Shown: positions 1 through 8,324 of the stretch, one piece after another
How positions within the stretch are numbered: position 1 is the stretch's first letter
How the letters are laid out: each line of letters begins with the position of its first letter
NCBI GenBank assembly: GCA_964592755.1
Contig: CAZQFS010000004.1
Span: 1-44,326, forward strand
Direction of reading: 5' to 3'
Origin: an uncultured bacterium
GTDB lineage: Bacteria > Hydrothermota > Tepidihabitantia > Tepidihabitantales > Tepidihabitantaceae
DNA: 44,326 nt
Notes under the pieces: model-generated
The model's input: only the letters and a program-made list of their open reading frames with translations
Databases searched by the model: none
Told to the model about the DNA's origin: nothing
Position numbers and translations under genes: made by a program

Positions 1-1
1 C

Positions 2-697
2 AAGCTGCCCGAGGCCTGGCATTACGTCACCGGCGCCGAGCAGTGGCTGGGCCGGGACATCGTGGTCTCGCTTGAGGGCTACTACAAAGATTACAACCAC
101 CTGCTCGAAACCAGGTACGGCCGGATGTTCACCCGCCCCGACTCACTGCTGGAGGCGGACGGATACTCCTACGGTGCGGACCTGATGCTGCGCAAAGCCG
201 AAGGCTGGTACAATGGCTGGCTGAGCTACTCCTACATGTGGACCCGGCGCACCATCGGTGACGAGGCGTACCACCCGCACTACGACCGGCGCCACAGCGT
301 CAATCTGGTGCTCAACGTCCCGCGCCTGTTCTGGGGTCTGGACTTCTCTGCCCGGTGGACCCTCGGCACCGGTCTGCCCTATGCCGGCATCGTCGGCTAC
401 TACTCCCGTTACAACTACCACCCGTACCTGAACAGAATACGATTGTGGCAGGGGTTCATCGAAGGGCCGCGCGACGCGTTCCGCTACCCGGTCTACCACC
501 GTGCCGACGTCGGTTTCTCCAAGAGCTGGCCGGTGCGCTGGGGCGAAATCTCGGCGTTTGTCGACGTCACCAACACCTACAACGCAAGAAACGTGCTGCT
601 CTACTACTGGGATGTGCCGGAGTCGGGGCCGCCGGTCCGGCAGAGCATCGGCATGCTGCCCATCCTGCCCACCCTGGGTGTGAAAGTGAGGTTCTGA
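2..697 (+). CDS. Outer-membrane beta-barrel / TonB-dependent-receptor-like protein, C-terminal fragment (5' end lies outside the window)
   Basis: Frame 2 is open from base 2 (KLPEAWHYVTGAEQW...), so the GTG at 62 in the ORF track is internal. The sequence is aromatic/Gly-rich and beta-strand-like (GWYNGWLSYSYMWTRR, NTYNARNVLLYYW). It ends in ...LGVKVRF, a terminal Phe typical of OMP barrels. A DUF4249-like lipoprotein gene follows 3 nt downstream. Confidence 0.6.
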   Translation, partial: KLPEAWHYVTGAEQWLGRDIVVSLEGYYKDYNHLLETRYGRMFTRPDSLLEADGYSYGADLMLRKAEGWYNGWLSYSYMWTRRTIGDEAYHPHYDRRHSVNLVLNVPRLFWGLDFSARWTLGTGLPYAGIVGYYSRYNYHPYLNRIRLWQGFIEGPRDAFRYPVYHRADVGFSKSWPVRWGEISAFVDVTNTYNARNVLLYYWDVPESGPPVRQSIGMLPILPTLGVKVRF

Positions 698-700
698 GCG

Positions 701-1495
701 ATGACCATGCCCCGCGCGCTCCTGCTGTCGGCGTTCGCTCTGCTCGCAGTATCATGCGAGGTGAGCCCTTCCGAACGATACAAACCGGTGCTGAACGTCC
801 ACTGCATGCTTGTTTGCGGCGACACCTACCCCGAGGTCTGGGTCAACCGAACCTATGCCATCGACGAGACCGAGTCCGAGCGCCTGGAGGATGTCGCCGT
901 ATGGCTATGGCGCGCCGGCGACACGTGGGACTTCCAGGCCGGGGAGTATCACAGTCAGTATCGGGGGAAGGACCGCGTTCGGGTCACACCCGGCGATACG
1001 TTCGGCCTCATGGTGACCCATCCCGAATTCGATACGGTGCGCGGCCGGACCGTGATGCCGGATACGTTTTCGATTCTCGCCCCGCGTTCCGGCGACACGG
1101 TCAGGCTCAACGACTCCATCGTACTCACCCGCAGCCGGTCGTGCCGCGGCTACTTCATGGCGGCGCGTTACTTCCTGGGCCGGGATACGATCTGGTTCTA
1201 CCGCGCCCTGCCCAACGAGAGTCTGCCCGCGCTCGGGTACGACAGCCTGCTGGTGCGGTTGCCGACTGCGCTCTTCACCGGCGAGCAAGAAGGGCCGTAC
1301 ACCTTCCGCGTCGCGGCCCTGGATTCAAGTTATTTCGATTGGGTGTCGAACGGCATCGCCAGCCCGAGTGAGCAGTACACTACGCTGTCGGCCGGCATCA
1401 CCGGCGGCGTGGGCGTGTTCGGTGCAGCCGCCATCTGCTCGGTCCGGTTCTACCTCAAGAAGGACTCGAGCAGTCTCGGCGCGCGGGCCCGCTAG
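701..1495 (+). CDS. Lipoprotein, DUF4249-like (usual partner of TonB-dependent receptors in FCB-group bacteria)
   Basis: ATG lies 3 nt after the upstream stop. Signal peptide plus lipobox (LLSAFALLAVSC). After the Cys the pattern C-E-x...P-V-L-N-V-H..., then VWVNRTY, resembles the DUF4249 N-terminus as I recall it. The family assignment is from memory, not a search. Confidence 0.55.
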   Translation: MTMPRALLLSAFALLAVSCEVSPSERYKPVLNVHCMLVCGDTYPEVWVNRTYAIDETESERLEDVAVWLWRAGDTWDFQAGEYHSQYRGKDRVRVTPGDTFGLMVTHPEFDTVRGRTVMPDTFSILAPRSGDTVRLNDSIVLTRSRSCRGYFMAARYFLGRDTIWFYRALPNESLPALGYDSLLVRLPTALFTGEQEGPYTFRVAALDSSYFDWVSNGIASPSEQYTTLSAGITGGVGVFGAAAICSVRFYLKKDSSSLGARAR

Positions 1496-1875
1496 GTCTG
1501 AGGCTCGGCCGGCGGCGTCAGCAGTTCCTTCAGCTTGGCCAGCAGCTCCTCGCGGTTGACCGGCTTGGAAAGGAACGTATCGGCGCCGGCGTCGAGCGCG
1601 GCCTTGACGTCTTTGTCCCGCACGCGGCCGGAGAGCACGATGATCGGAGCCTTGAAAGACTTGTCGCGCTTGAACATCGCACAGACCTGATAGCCGTCAA
1701 TGCCGGGCATGGTCAGGTCGCAGACCACGGCGTCCGGCGGGGTCTCGCGTGCCGTCCGAATGGCAGACATCCCGTCGCCCGCAGATACCACCTCATAGCC
1801 CGCCAGCGTGAGGATTTTCTCAATCAGCAGGCGCACCGGGGCCTCGTCTTCGACCACGAGAATACGCTGTTTCAT
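1492..1875 (-). CDS. Stand-alone response regulator receiver (CheY-like, no output domain)
   Basis: 127 aa. ILVVEDE acidic pocket, phospho-acceptor context VVCDLTMPGIDG, VLSG, and conserved Lys in FLSKP. Confidence 0.9.
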   Translation of the reverse strand: MKQRILVVEDEAPVRLLIEKILTLAGYEVVSAGDGMSAIRTARETPPDAVVCDLTMPGIDGYQVCAMFKRDKSFKAPIIVLSGRVRDKDVKAALDAGADTFLSKPVNREELLAKLKELLTPPAEPQT

Positions 1876-1937
1876 TGCCCCTCAGATTATGAACAAACCG
1901 CCGGTTGTCAAGAACTGCTCAGGGAGCCGGGCGGCGC

Positions 1938-3272
1938 TCACCGGCGGCCCGCGGTCGGGTCAAGGAGCATGAGCCGGTAGTCAAAGCTCGTCGCCGGATT
2001 GTGGTCGCTGCCGGCGACAAGCAGGCGGTCTCCTTCCCACGTGACCGCCACCGGCCGCGTCTCGCCCGAAACAGCGCTCGGCCCACGCCACGACCAGAGG
2101 GTGTCCCCATCATTGGAGTAGCCGAGCAGGAGCAGGTCAGGAAAGCTGCCTGCTCCGGCCGAACTTGCGCCGACCGCGACGTTGCCCGCCTCGTCGCTTG
2201 CCAGACACCACCCCCGGTCCGCAGAGTTGGCCGGGCCGTTGTAACGCCGCACCCAGAGCAGCCTGCCCGAGGAAAGATACTTCAGCGTCGCCACGTCAAA
2301 CGACGAACCGGTGCCGGTGGAGTGACCGGTCACGATGATGTTCCCTTCCCGGTCAAGGCAGGCGGCCTGGCAGATGTCCACGCTTCGGGCCGCGTCATAG
2401 CTCTGCTGCCACAACAGGCGGCCGGTCGTGTCGAAACAGGCGACAAGGTAGTCAAACGAGGTGTGGTCACCGGTGACCGAGCCGACCACGAAGCACCGTC
2501 CGGCTGAATCGAGCAGAACCTGACTCGCCAAATCGGTCGCCCGGCCGGCTCCGTCAATGGCGCGATGCCAGACCAGGGTGCCGTCGGGCCGGTACTTGAG
2601 CAGCACGATGTCCGGACCGGGCGGCGTGATAACGCCTCGACCGAGCAGGTAGATGCTGCCGCTGCGGGCGATGGCGAGCGACGCGGCATAGTCGTCGCCC
2701 TGGCCCGGGCCGTCCCAGAGCCTGGTCCACACGGTGTCGCCCTGCGGCGTATAGCGGACCAGCGCCATATCCCAGTCGCTGCGCGGCTGGAGCTCTGATG
2801 AACGGCGTCGGCTGGCACCGGCAACGACGATGGTGTTGTCCGGCAGCACACCGAGCGCGGCCGGCTTGTCGTCATAATGGAAGGCGAAGTCAGTGCGCCG
2901 AAGCCAGGCTGTGTCGCCGTTCGGCAGGTACTTGATTGTCTGGAAGTCCCAGCCCCGGCTGCGGTCGGCAATCGAACCGCCCGAAACGACCAGACAATCG
3001 CTCGCATCCAGAGTCAGACACCAGGCCCGGTCCTCGCAGTTCAGGGGCGAGCCGTACCGCCGGGACCAGAGCGTGTCGCCGTTGGGGCTGAACCTGACCG
3101 TGGCGAAGTCGAAGTCGCTTGAGTCGCCGAAACTGTACCCGGTCAGGAAGATGCTGCCGGTGCGGTCGCGCACCAGGCCGGTGCACCTGTCCTCGCCATG
3201 AGCCGGCCCGTCGTAGCCTGCGGTCCAGAGACCGACCACAAGCATGGCTGTCGGCAGAAGGATGCAGGTCAC
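1938..3272 (-). CDS. Secreted/anchored beta-propeller repeat protein (SBBP-type repeats)
   Basis: GTG start with a hydrophobic N-terminus (MTCILLPTAMLVVGLWTAG). About 7 repeats of roughly 55 aa share G(D/T)xxW.RRY/W...G (DTLWSRRYGSP, DTAWLRRTD, DTVWTRLWDGPG, GTLVWHRAIDG, GRLLWQQSYD, GRLLWVRRYNGP, DTLWSWRGP). Starts 10 nt after the histidine kinase stop. Confidence 0.75.
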   Translation of the reverse strand: MTCILLPTAMLVVGLWTAGYDGPAHGEDRCTGLVRDRTGSIFLTGYSFGDSSDFDFATVRFSPNGDTLWSRRYGSPLNCEDRAWCLTLDASDCLVVSGGSIADRSRGWDFQTIKYLPNGDTAWLRRTDFAFHYDDKPAALGVLPDNTIVVAGASRRRSSELQPRSDWDMALVRYTPQGDTVWTRLWDGPGQGDDYAASLAIARSGSIYLLGRGVITPPGPDIVLLKYRPDGTLVWHRAIDGAGRATDLASQVLLDSAGRCFVVGSVTGDHTSFDYLVACFDTTGRLLWQQSYDAARSVDICQAACLDREGNIIVTGHSTGTGSSFDVATLKYLSSGRLLWVRRYNGPANSADRGWCLASDEAGNVAVGASSAGAGSFPDLLLLGYSNDGDTLWSWRGPSAVSGETRPVAVTWEGDRLLVAGSDHNPATSFDYRLMLLDPTAGRR

Positions 3273-3281
3273 AGAACCGGC

Positions 3282-4613
3282 TCAGGCGGGCGCGTGGACC
3301 AAGGGCAGCTCCTGGCGCAGCGGGATGCGGAAGTCGAACTCGGCCCACTTGCCCGGCTCAGAGTCAGCGGTGATTTCCCCGCCGTGGCGGAGGACAATCT
3401 GACGCGAGATGTAAAGGCCCAGGCCCGACCCGGTGACCGACCTGGTCTCAGGATGCTTCAGGCGCTGGAACCGGGCAAAGAGCTTCTGTTTCTGCTCGGC
3501 GGTGAAGCCGACGCCCTCATTCCAGACCGAAAACCTGGCCCAGTAGGCCCGCTGGCGGCGGCCGTCATCCGTATAGTCAAAGAACGCCCGGCGCACCAGG
3601 CGCACGACGACCCGCCCCCCTTCGCGGCCATACTTGATGGCATTGCCGAGCAGGTTGCCGAGCACGACCCTGAGTAGCGCCGGGTCGCCTGGTGCGACCA
3701 GATACTCGGCATCGGTCTCAACCTTCATCTGGCGTGCGGCCGCGGCCGGTCGGTGCAGCTCGATGACCGGCTGGAGAACTTCCTCTACCAGGTCCACGGC
3801 CGGCGCGGGCCGGTAGTTCAGCTCGCCCGACTCAATCCGGGCCAGGTCCAGGTAGTCGCGGACCAGGTCAATCAGATAGTTGCTGTTGGCAATCATGCGC
3901 CTGACCCGCTCGGCCTGCTGCGCCGGCATGGTTCCCAGATAGCCCTCAAGCAGGGTCGTGCCCAGGGTGACGATAGATGAGAGCGGCGACTTCAGCTCGT
4001 GTGCCACAAAGTAGAGAATCTCGGCGTAGTTCCGCTTTGCCTGCTCCAGGTCATCAATGTACTTGACCTTCTCGACCGCCAGAGAAAGCGATTCGGCGAC
4101 CGCGGCAAAGGTGTCGATGTGCGCCCGCTGATAGGTTTCAGGCTGCCGCGAGCTGAAGAACAGGAAGCCAATCGGCCGGCTGCCGGCACGCAACGGGCAG
4201 GTAAGGTTCGACCGGACCCCGTCATCGAGGATGTCCCGCGTGGCTTTTGAGTCGGGGTGGGCCGCAAGATACCGCTCCAGGTCGTTGATGATGCGCGGCT
4301 CCCCGGTTCGGAGAATCGGCTCCAGCGACGAGCCTTTGAGCACGGCCCAGTAGCCCTTGTCCACGCGCTTCACCTCGACCTGGCTGCGCACCCAGCGCGA
4401 TACCACCATTCCGGTCTCTTCGTTGTAGAAAGCCACCGACAAACGGTCGAAGGGGATTATCTGGCGGACCGTGTCGTAGATGACGTCCAGCACTTCGAAC
4501 AGCGACTTGCCCGAAAGCCAGAGATGCTTCAGGTCGTCAAGCACCATCTGGACCGCGGCGCTGTGCAGCCGGTCGGTCAGTTCATCGGGATGCGCATCTG
4601 TCGGTTCGCTCAT
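3282..4613 (-). CDS. Cytoplasmic GAF-domain sensor histidine kinase
   Basis: 443 aa with no obvious TM segments. H-box FVAHELKSPLSSI, N-box LLGNAIKY, G-boxes VWNEGVGF and GSGLGLYISRQIV. The N-terminal ~170 aa are GAF-like. Confidence 0.9.
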   Translation of the reverse strand: MSEPTDAHPDELTDRLHSAAVQMVLDDLKHLWLSGKSLFEVLDVIYDTVRQIIPFDRLSVAFYNEETGMVVSRWVRSQVEVKRVDKGYWAVLKGSSLEPILRTGEPRIINDLERYLAAHPDSKATRDILDDGVRSNLTCPLRAGSRPIGFLFFSSRQPETYQRAHIDTFAAVAESLSLAVEKVKYIDDLEQAKRNYAEILYFVAHELKSPLSSIVTLGTTLLEGYLGTMPAQQAERVRRMIANSNYLIDLVRDYLDLARIESGELNYRPAPAVDLVEEVLQPVIELHRPAAAARQMKVETDAEYLVAPGDPALLRVVLGNLLGNAIKYGREGGRVVVRLVRRAFFDYTDDGRRQRAYWARFSVWNEGVGFTAEQKQKLFARFQRLKHPETRSVTGSGLGLYISRQIVLRHGGEITADSEPGKWAEFDFRIPLRQELPLVHAPA

Positions 4614-5116
4614 GGCAACAGGGTGACCTACAAGATAGCCACATCTTCAGGCTCAGTCAACCGCGTTAGCCTCGAAGCGGCCGACACCGTCAGAGTTCGG
4701 CACGCACCTCAAGCCGAGCTTCGCATCGCGGCACGGCGCATGCCCATCAACGTGGCCTGGTGTCCGGCCGGAAAACCGGTGCCGCAACCGCCTGTCCCTT
4801 TGCTTACGCCTGCGCCCATACCAAAGCCCACGCAACTCGCGGCTCAGGTGGCCGCGGCTCCGCACTGAGACCCGTGACGGAAAGCACCTGTGCAACTGGC
4901 CCGAGACCCGCCTGCCGACCTGCTGTCCGACCTGGTCTCGGGAGCGACTCCGGGAACCACTCCCCCCACCAACTCTGCCAGCAGCCTGCCGACGGGGTTT
5001 CCATCGACAAGTCTCGCACCTGCGAGAGATAGACTGACCGCGCCCCTCACCGCAGGCGGGCGGTTCAGTTTCCCGTCAGACCTTGCTTGCCGGATGTCCG
5101 CCGGTGGTCCAGGCGG

Positions 5117-6031
5117 TCAGAGAGTTCCCAGCAGGTTCTCGACCTTGCCTATCGCTGCGACCTCCTTGCCTCTGAGGTCGGCAAGGATGCGGGCCTTTTC
5201 GCCCGGCTCCATCTCCTTGTCCGCGACCTTGGCGAGCAGGTCGGCGATGTCCTTGTACGCCTTGCTCAATTCCAGCGCCGGCCCGGCAATTCTGAGCATC
5301 TTCTTTGCCACCTCGGCGAAGTAGTCGGCCGCCATGGCGCGACACTCAGACCAGACCGTCGCGTTCCACCAGTTGCCATGTGAGGAGCCGTGCCCGGCCC
5401 CGACCGCACGCGCCCAGTTGTCATAGGCCTTGAGCCCGATGCCGTACCGCTCGAAGCTGTGCTGCTCTGGATGCTTGAACAGGTCAATCGCATAGGCCAG
5501 GCTGTCCCGCACAGCAGTAGCGTCGTCCCTGGGCTCGAACTTCTTGAAGGTCCAGAAGGTCGCGTGGCACTCGTCCTTGAACTCCTGCCACGTACCGAAG
5601 GTCAGGGTCGCGGGCGGGAACCCGCCGCAGCAGTCGCCCCACGGCTGGGCGGTGAAGAACTGCTTGTCGTCATAGCCGTAGATGACCTGGTTCTCCATGT
5701 TGCCCAAGGCACAGGGCTGGCCTTTGTCCAGGTGCGCCCTGAGCTTCGCCTCGACTTCGGCCCGCGCCTCGGAACTCGAACTACCCTCGAAGAACCCGAG
5801 GTCAATCATGTCAAGGCCCAGGTTTCGCACGAGCTTGTAGAACGGCTCGTACTTCCAGCAATAGGGCCCGCTTGGACAGAGTTCGTCGTGGATGTTGATA
5901 AGGAACGCGTGGCCTGAACCGCCGAAGGTCCAGGCATCGCTCGTGTCCAGCTTGTAGAAATCCAGCACCGCCTTCACCACGCCCATCATGGTCGTGTTCA
6001 GGCCCGACTGCTTCAGGTTCTCAATCTTCAT
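5117..6031 (-). CDS. Hypothetical protein, 304 aa (no confident family; distant BtrH_N/DUF4872-like impression only)
   Basis: ATG preceded by AAGGAG (rc of 6036-6045). Clean, non-repetitive globular composition with no antisense competitor of known function. The C-terminal ~70 aa are predicted helical (AEVAKKMLRIAGPALELSKAYKDIADLLAKV). Confidence 0.7.
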   Translation of the reverse strand: MKIENLKQSGLNTTMMGVVKAVLDFYKLDTSDAWTFGGSGHAFLINIHDELCPSGPYCWKYEPFYKLVRNLGLDMIDLGFFEGSSSSEARAEVEAKLRAHLDKGQPCALGNMENQVIYGYDDKQFFTAQPWGDCCGGFPPATLTFGTWQEFKDECHATFWTFKKFEPRDDATAVRDSLAYAIDLFKHPEQHSFERYGIGLKAYDNWARAVGAGHGSSHGNWWNATVWSECRAMAADYFAEVAKKMLRIAGPALELSKAYKDIADLLAKVADKEMEPGEKARILADLRGKEVAAIGKVENLLGTL

Positions 6032-6252
6032 GGCATCTCCTTTGCGCGCAAGCGCCCCTCAGTTCTACCGCCAACCCACCGCCAAGTCAACATCTAACCC
6101 GCGGTGCCGTTCGCCCCACCGCCAGCCCGCTCCCGGCGAGCAGCAGGCAAGGGAGCAAGTCAGGCAGCAGTCAGCAGGCGGAGGTCAACCGGCGGAGCTG
6201 ACGTCGAGTGGAGGGGCGGCAAGGACAGGCATGGGCGCGGCCCGTCCGCAGG

Positions 6253-7542
6253 CTATTTCTTGTAGTGCTTGCCCAGTGCCTCGATTCGATCCGGTGACAG
6301 GAAGATGCAATCGAGAAGGTCCGCTCTTGCAGCCGCAACGTCCTCGGCGTGGTTCCTGCACTTCGGGGCGCCGCACAGCCCGCAGTTAAGCATGGGCAGG
6401 GTTCTCAGTAACTCCTCCGCCCGCTTCCTTCTCGCCACCCGCTCCCTGAGGTCGATGGCTTCTCCCTCGGTCTGGCGGGGCTTGAGCGAGCCCCTCAGGG
6501 AAAAATCCTCCAGGGCATAGCGCCGGTTCACTTCCTGCTCGAACTCGGGGCCCGGGCCGGGCATGCTGGCCATCAAGTGGAGGTTCTTGCTGCGCGCTGC
6601 ATACAGATTCTCGACCGTCAGGTTGCCCCCGATGCAGCCTCCCTGGCAGGCATTGCACTCCAAAAACTCGATGTTGCGGATTCGCCCCTTCTCGACATCG
6701 TTGAAGACCTTCATGATGTCCGAAAGACCGGTCAGGGGGAGGTAGTGTTCGCGCGCGAGCGCGGGTACTTCCTCTTCCGCAGCTCCCCAATGCAGCAACC
6801 CGACCGCGGTCACGAGGTCCTTCGGGGCCTCACCCGGTTTCGTGGCCCTGCGCATCTTCGTGAGCAGACCATTGTATATCTCTGATATGCCCACGGCGCC
6901 GTCGAGGTAGCTCTTCACTTCTTCCGCCGGCTGAAGAATGGAAATGGCCTTGGCCTGGCAGGGGGTAATGTAGATTGCCGCAATCTCGTCCGGGGCGAGA
7001 CCCAGTTCCCGGGAATACCGGCGCTTCAGCTCGCGGGCGGCGATTTCGCGTGGCGCCTCCAGGGGGATGACGTGATCAACCAGCGAGGGATACGCGACCT
7101 GGATCAGTCGGACGACCACCGGGCAGGAGCTCGATATCAACGGGAACGGTCCGGGCCATCTCTTGACGAAGTCCGTGATGGCCCGGTCAATGAGCGCGAC
7201 GTCGACGCCATACTCCCACACCGCGTCGAAGCCGATCTCCATGAGGGCTCTGCCGACATCGGCGGGAGTGTCTCCCATTCCGAATTGCATGAAGAGCGCC
7301 GGCGAGGCGACCGCCACCTTGAACTTGAACCGGTTCAGTTCGGCGAACTTGATGGTCGTCGCGGAAATGGCGCCCAGCTCACACACGCCGAGACAAGACC
7401 CGCAGTCGATGCACAACTCGGAGATTAGGCGCGCTTTGCCGTTCTTCACCCTGATGGCCTGGGTCGGGCAGGCGCGCATGCACGACATCCTGCCGTCGCA
7501 CTTGTCCGGGTCAATGCGAAAGCCGTGCCTCAGCTCAGCCAT
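6253..7542 (-). CDS. [FeFe]-hydrogenase-like protein, putative sensory type. N-terminal 2x[4Fe-4S] ferredoxin, H-cluster-like domain and a C-terminal CxxCxxxxC 'FeS' domain.
   Basis: H-cluster motif equivalents are present but altered: L1 PLISSSCP (canonical TSCCP; the first Cys is Ser), L2 ITPCQAK (canonical MPCxxKxxE; no Glu), L3 EFLECNACQGGCIGG. N-terminus has CDGRMSCMRACP and CIDCGSCLGVC. C-terminus has LPMLNCGLCGAPKC....C. Overlaps the upstream HATPase gene by 8 nt. Confidence 0.85.
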   Translation of the reverse strand: MAELRHGFRIDPDKCDGRMSCMRACPTQAIRVKNGKARLISELCIDCGSCLGVCELGAISATTIKFAELNRFKFKVAVASPALFMQFGMGDTPADVGRALMEIGFDAVWEYGVDVALIDRAITDFVKRWPGPFPLISSSCPVVVRLIQVAYPSLVDHVIPLEAPREIAARELKRRYSRELGLAPDEIAAIYITPCQAKAISILQPAEEVKSYLDGAVGISEIYNGLLTKMRRATKPGEAPKDLVTAVGLLHWGAAEEEVPALAREHYLPLTGLSDIMKVFNDVEKGRIRNIEFLECNACQGGCIGGNLTVENLYAARSKNLHLMASMPGPGPEFEQEVNRRYALEDFSLRGSLKPRQTEGEAIDLRERVARRKRAEELLRTLPMLNCGLCGAPKCRNHAEDVAAARADLLDCIFLSPDRIEALGKHYKK

Positions 7543-7972
7543 TGGCGTCCAGCCTTATTCTGGCGAAGACCCGCGTACCCTTGCCCACCTCGGATTCGAT
7601 GCGGAATTCGTCGGAGTTCTTCTTCATGTTCGGCAGGCCCATGCCGAATCCGAACCCCAGCTCGCGCATCTCGTCCGAGGCCGTGGAATAACCCTCCTGC
7701 AGCGCCTGGTTGATGTCGGGAATCCCCGGGCCTTCGTCGTCGATTTCCAGGCTGATATCCTCGTCGGTCAGCGTCAGCGTCAGCGTTCCCCGCTGGGCGT
7801 ACATGACGACGTTCATCTCTCCCTCGTACGCGACGATTACCGTGCGCCGGGTGTTCACGGCGTCAATGCACAGGTCGCGGAGCATGACTTTGATTTCACT
7901 CGAGACCTCGCCGGCCTTTTCGAAGTTCCTCCCTTGGATCCCGAAGCTCTCTCGAAGCAGTTCCGCGGGCAT
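7535..7972 (-). CDS. HATPase_c-only protein (RsbW/anti-sigma-factor-type Ser/Thr kinase-like)
   Basis: Start moved to the ATG at 7972 (MPAELLRESF...), 5 nt after the DRTGG stop. The ORF-track start at 8020 would overlap that gene. Bergerat-fold motifs EGEMNVV, DDGPGIPD and GFGFGMGLPN. Confidence 0.8.
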   Translation of the reverse strand: MPAELLRESFGIQGRNFEKAGEVSSEIKVMLRDLCIDAVNTRRTVIVAYEGEMNVVMYAQRGTLTLTLTDEDISLEIDDEGPGIPDINQALQEGYSTASDEMRELGFGFGMGLPNMKKNSDEFRIESEVGKGTRVFARIRLDANG

Positions 7973-7977
7973 CGGCG

Positions 7978-8322
7978 CTAGGACACTCCTTTGAGCCCCT
8001 TGCCGTAAAGCACGCCGCAAATGTCGAACATGCCCATCCCGGTCACGAGCACCGGAATGTGCTTCTCGCGGGCGAAATCGACGACTTTCTGGTCGGGCAG
8101 CTTGCCCCGGCAGTAGATGACGGCGCTGACCCCGGCGATGTCGGCCGTCCGTATCGACTGGATGTTGGTCAGCCCAGTAACCATCAGTTCCTTCGACCTG
8201 GCAAAGGCCAGTATCTCACTCATGCCGTCCGAGGCAACAACCTGGGTGACGTCGACCTGCAGGTCGTCCCCCTGGGTCAGGACTTCACACTGGAGCAGGT
8301 CCCGGATTTCGCCGAGCGTCAT
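7978..8322 (-). CDS. DRTGG-domain protein
   Basis: 114 aa. LMVTGLTN...AVIYCRGKLPDQKVVDFAREKHIPVLVT matches the DRTGG-domain pattern as I recall it. A paralogue lies at 15490-15816 in the same operon. Confidence 0.72.
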   Translation of the reverse strand: MTLGEIRDLLQCEVLTQGDDLQVDVTQVVASDGMSEILAFARSKELMVTGLTNIQSIRTADIAGVSAVIYCRGKLPDQKVVDFAREKHIPVLVTGMGMFDICGVLYGKGLKGVS

Positions 8323-8324
8323 GC

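Noticed and set aside
355-1371. 338-aa plus-strand ORF overlapping the OMP fragment and the lipoprotein gene out of frame
   Set aside because: It is an Arg/Pro-rich alternative frame of two genes that have clear signal, lipobox and beta-barrel features.
4614-5116. Hidden gene or riboswitch in the 500-nt gap upstream of the histidine kinase gene
   Set aside because: There are only short, compositionally biased ORFs. One 9-bp stem (CCCGAGACC...GGUCUCGGG, about 4903-4945) is not distinctive enough in GC-rich DNA. I left the region unannotated.
6253-7542. Calling the 429-aa protein the catalytic hydrogenase of the operon
   Set aside because: The proton-relay Cys of TSCCP is Ser and the L2 Glu is missing. 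The gene is also coupled to a kinase-like gene. A sensory role is more likely, although catalysis cannot be excluded from sequence alone.
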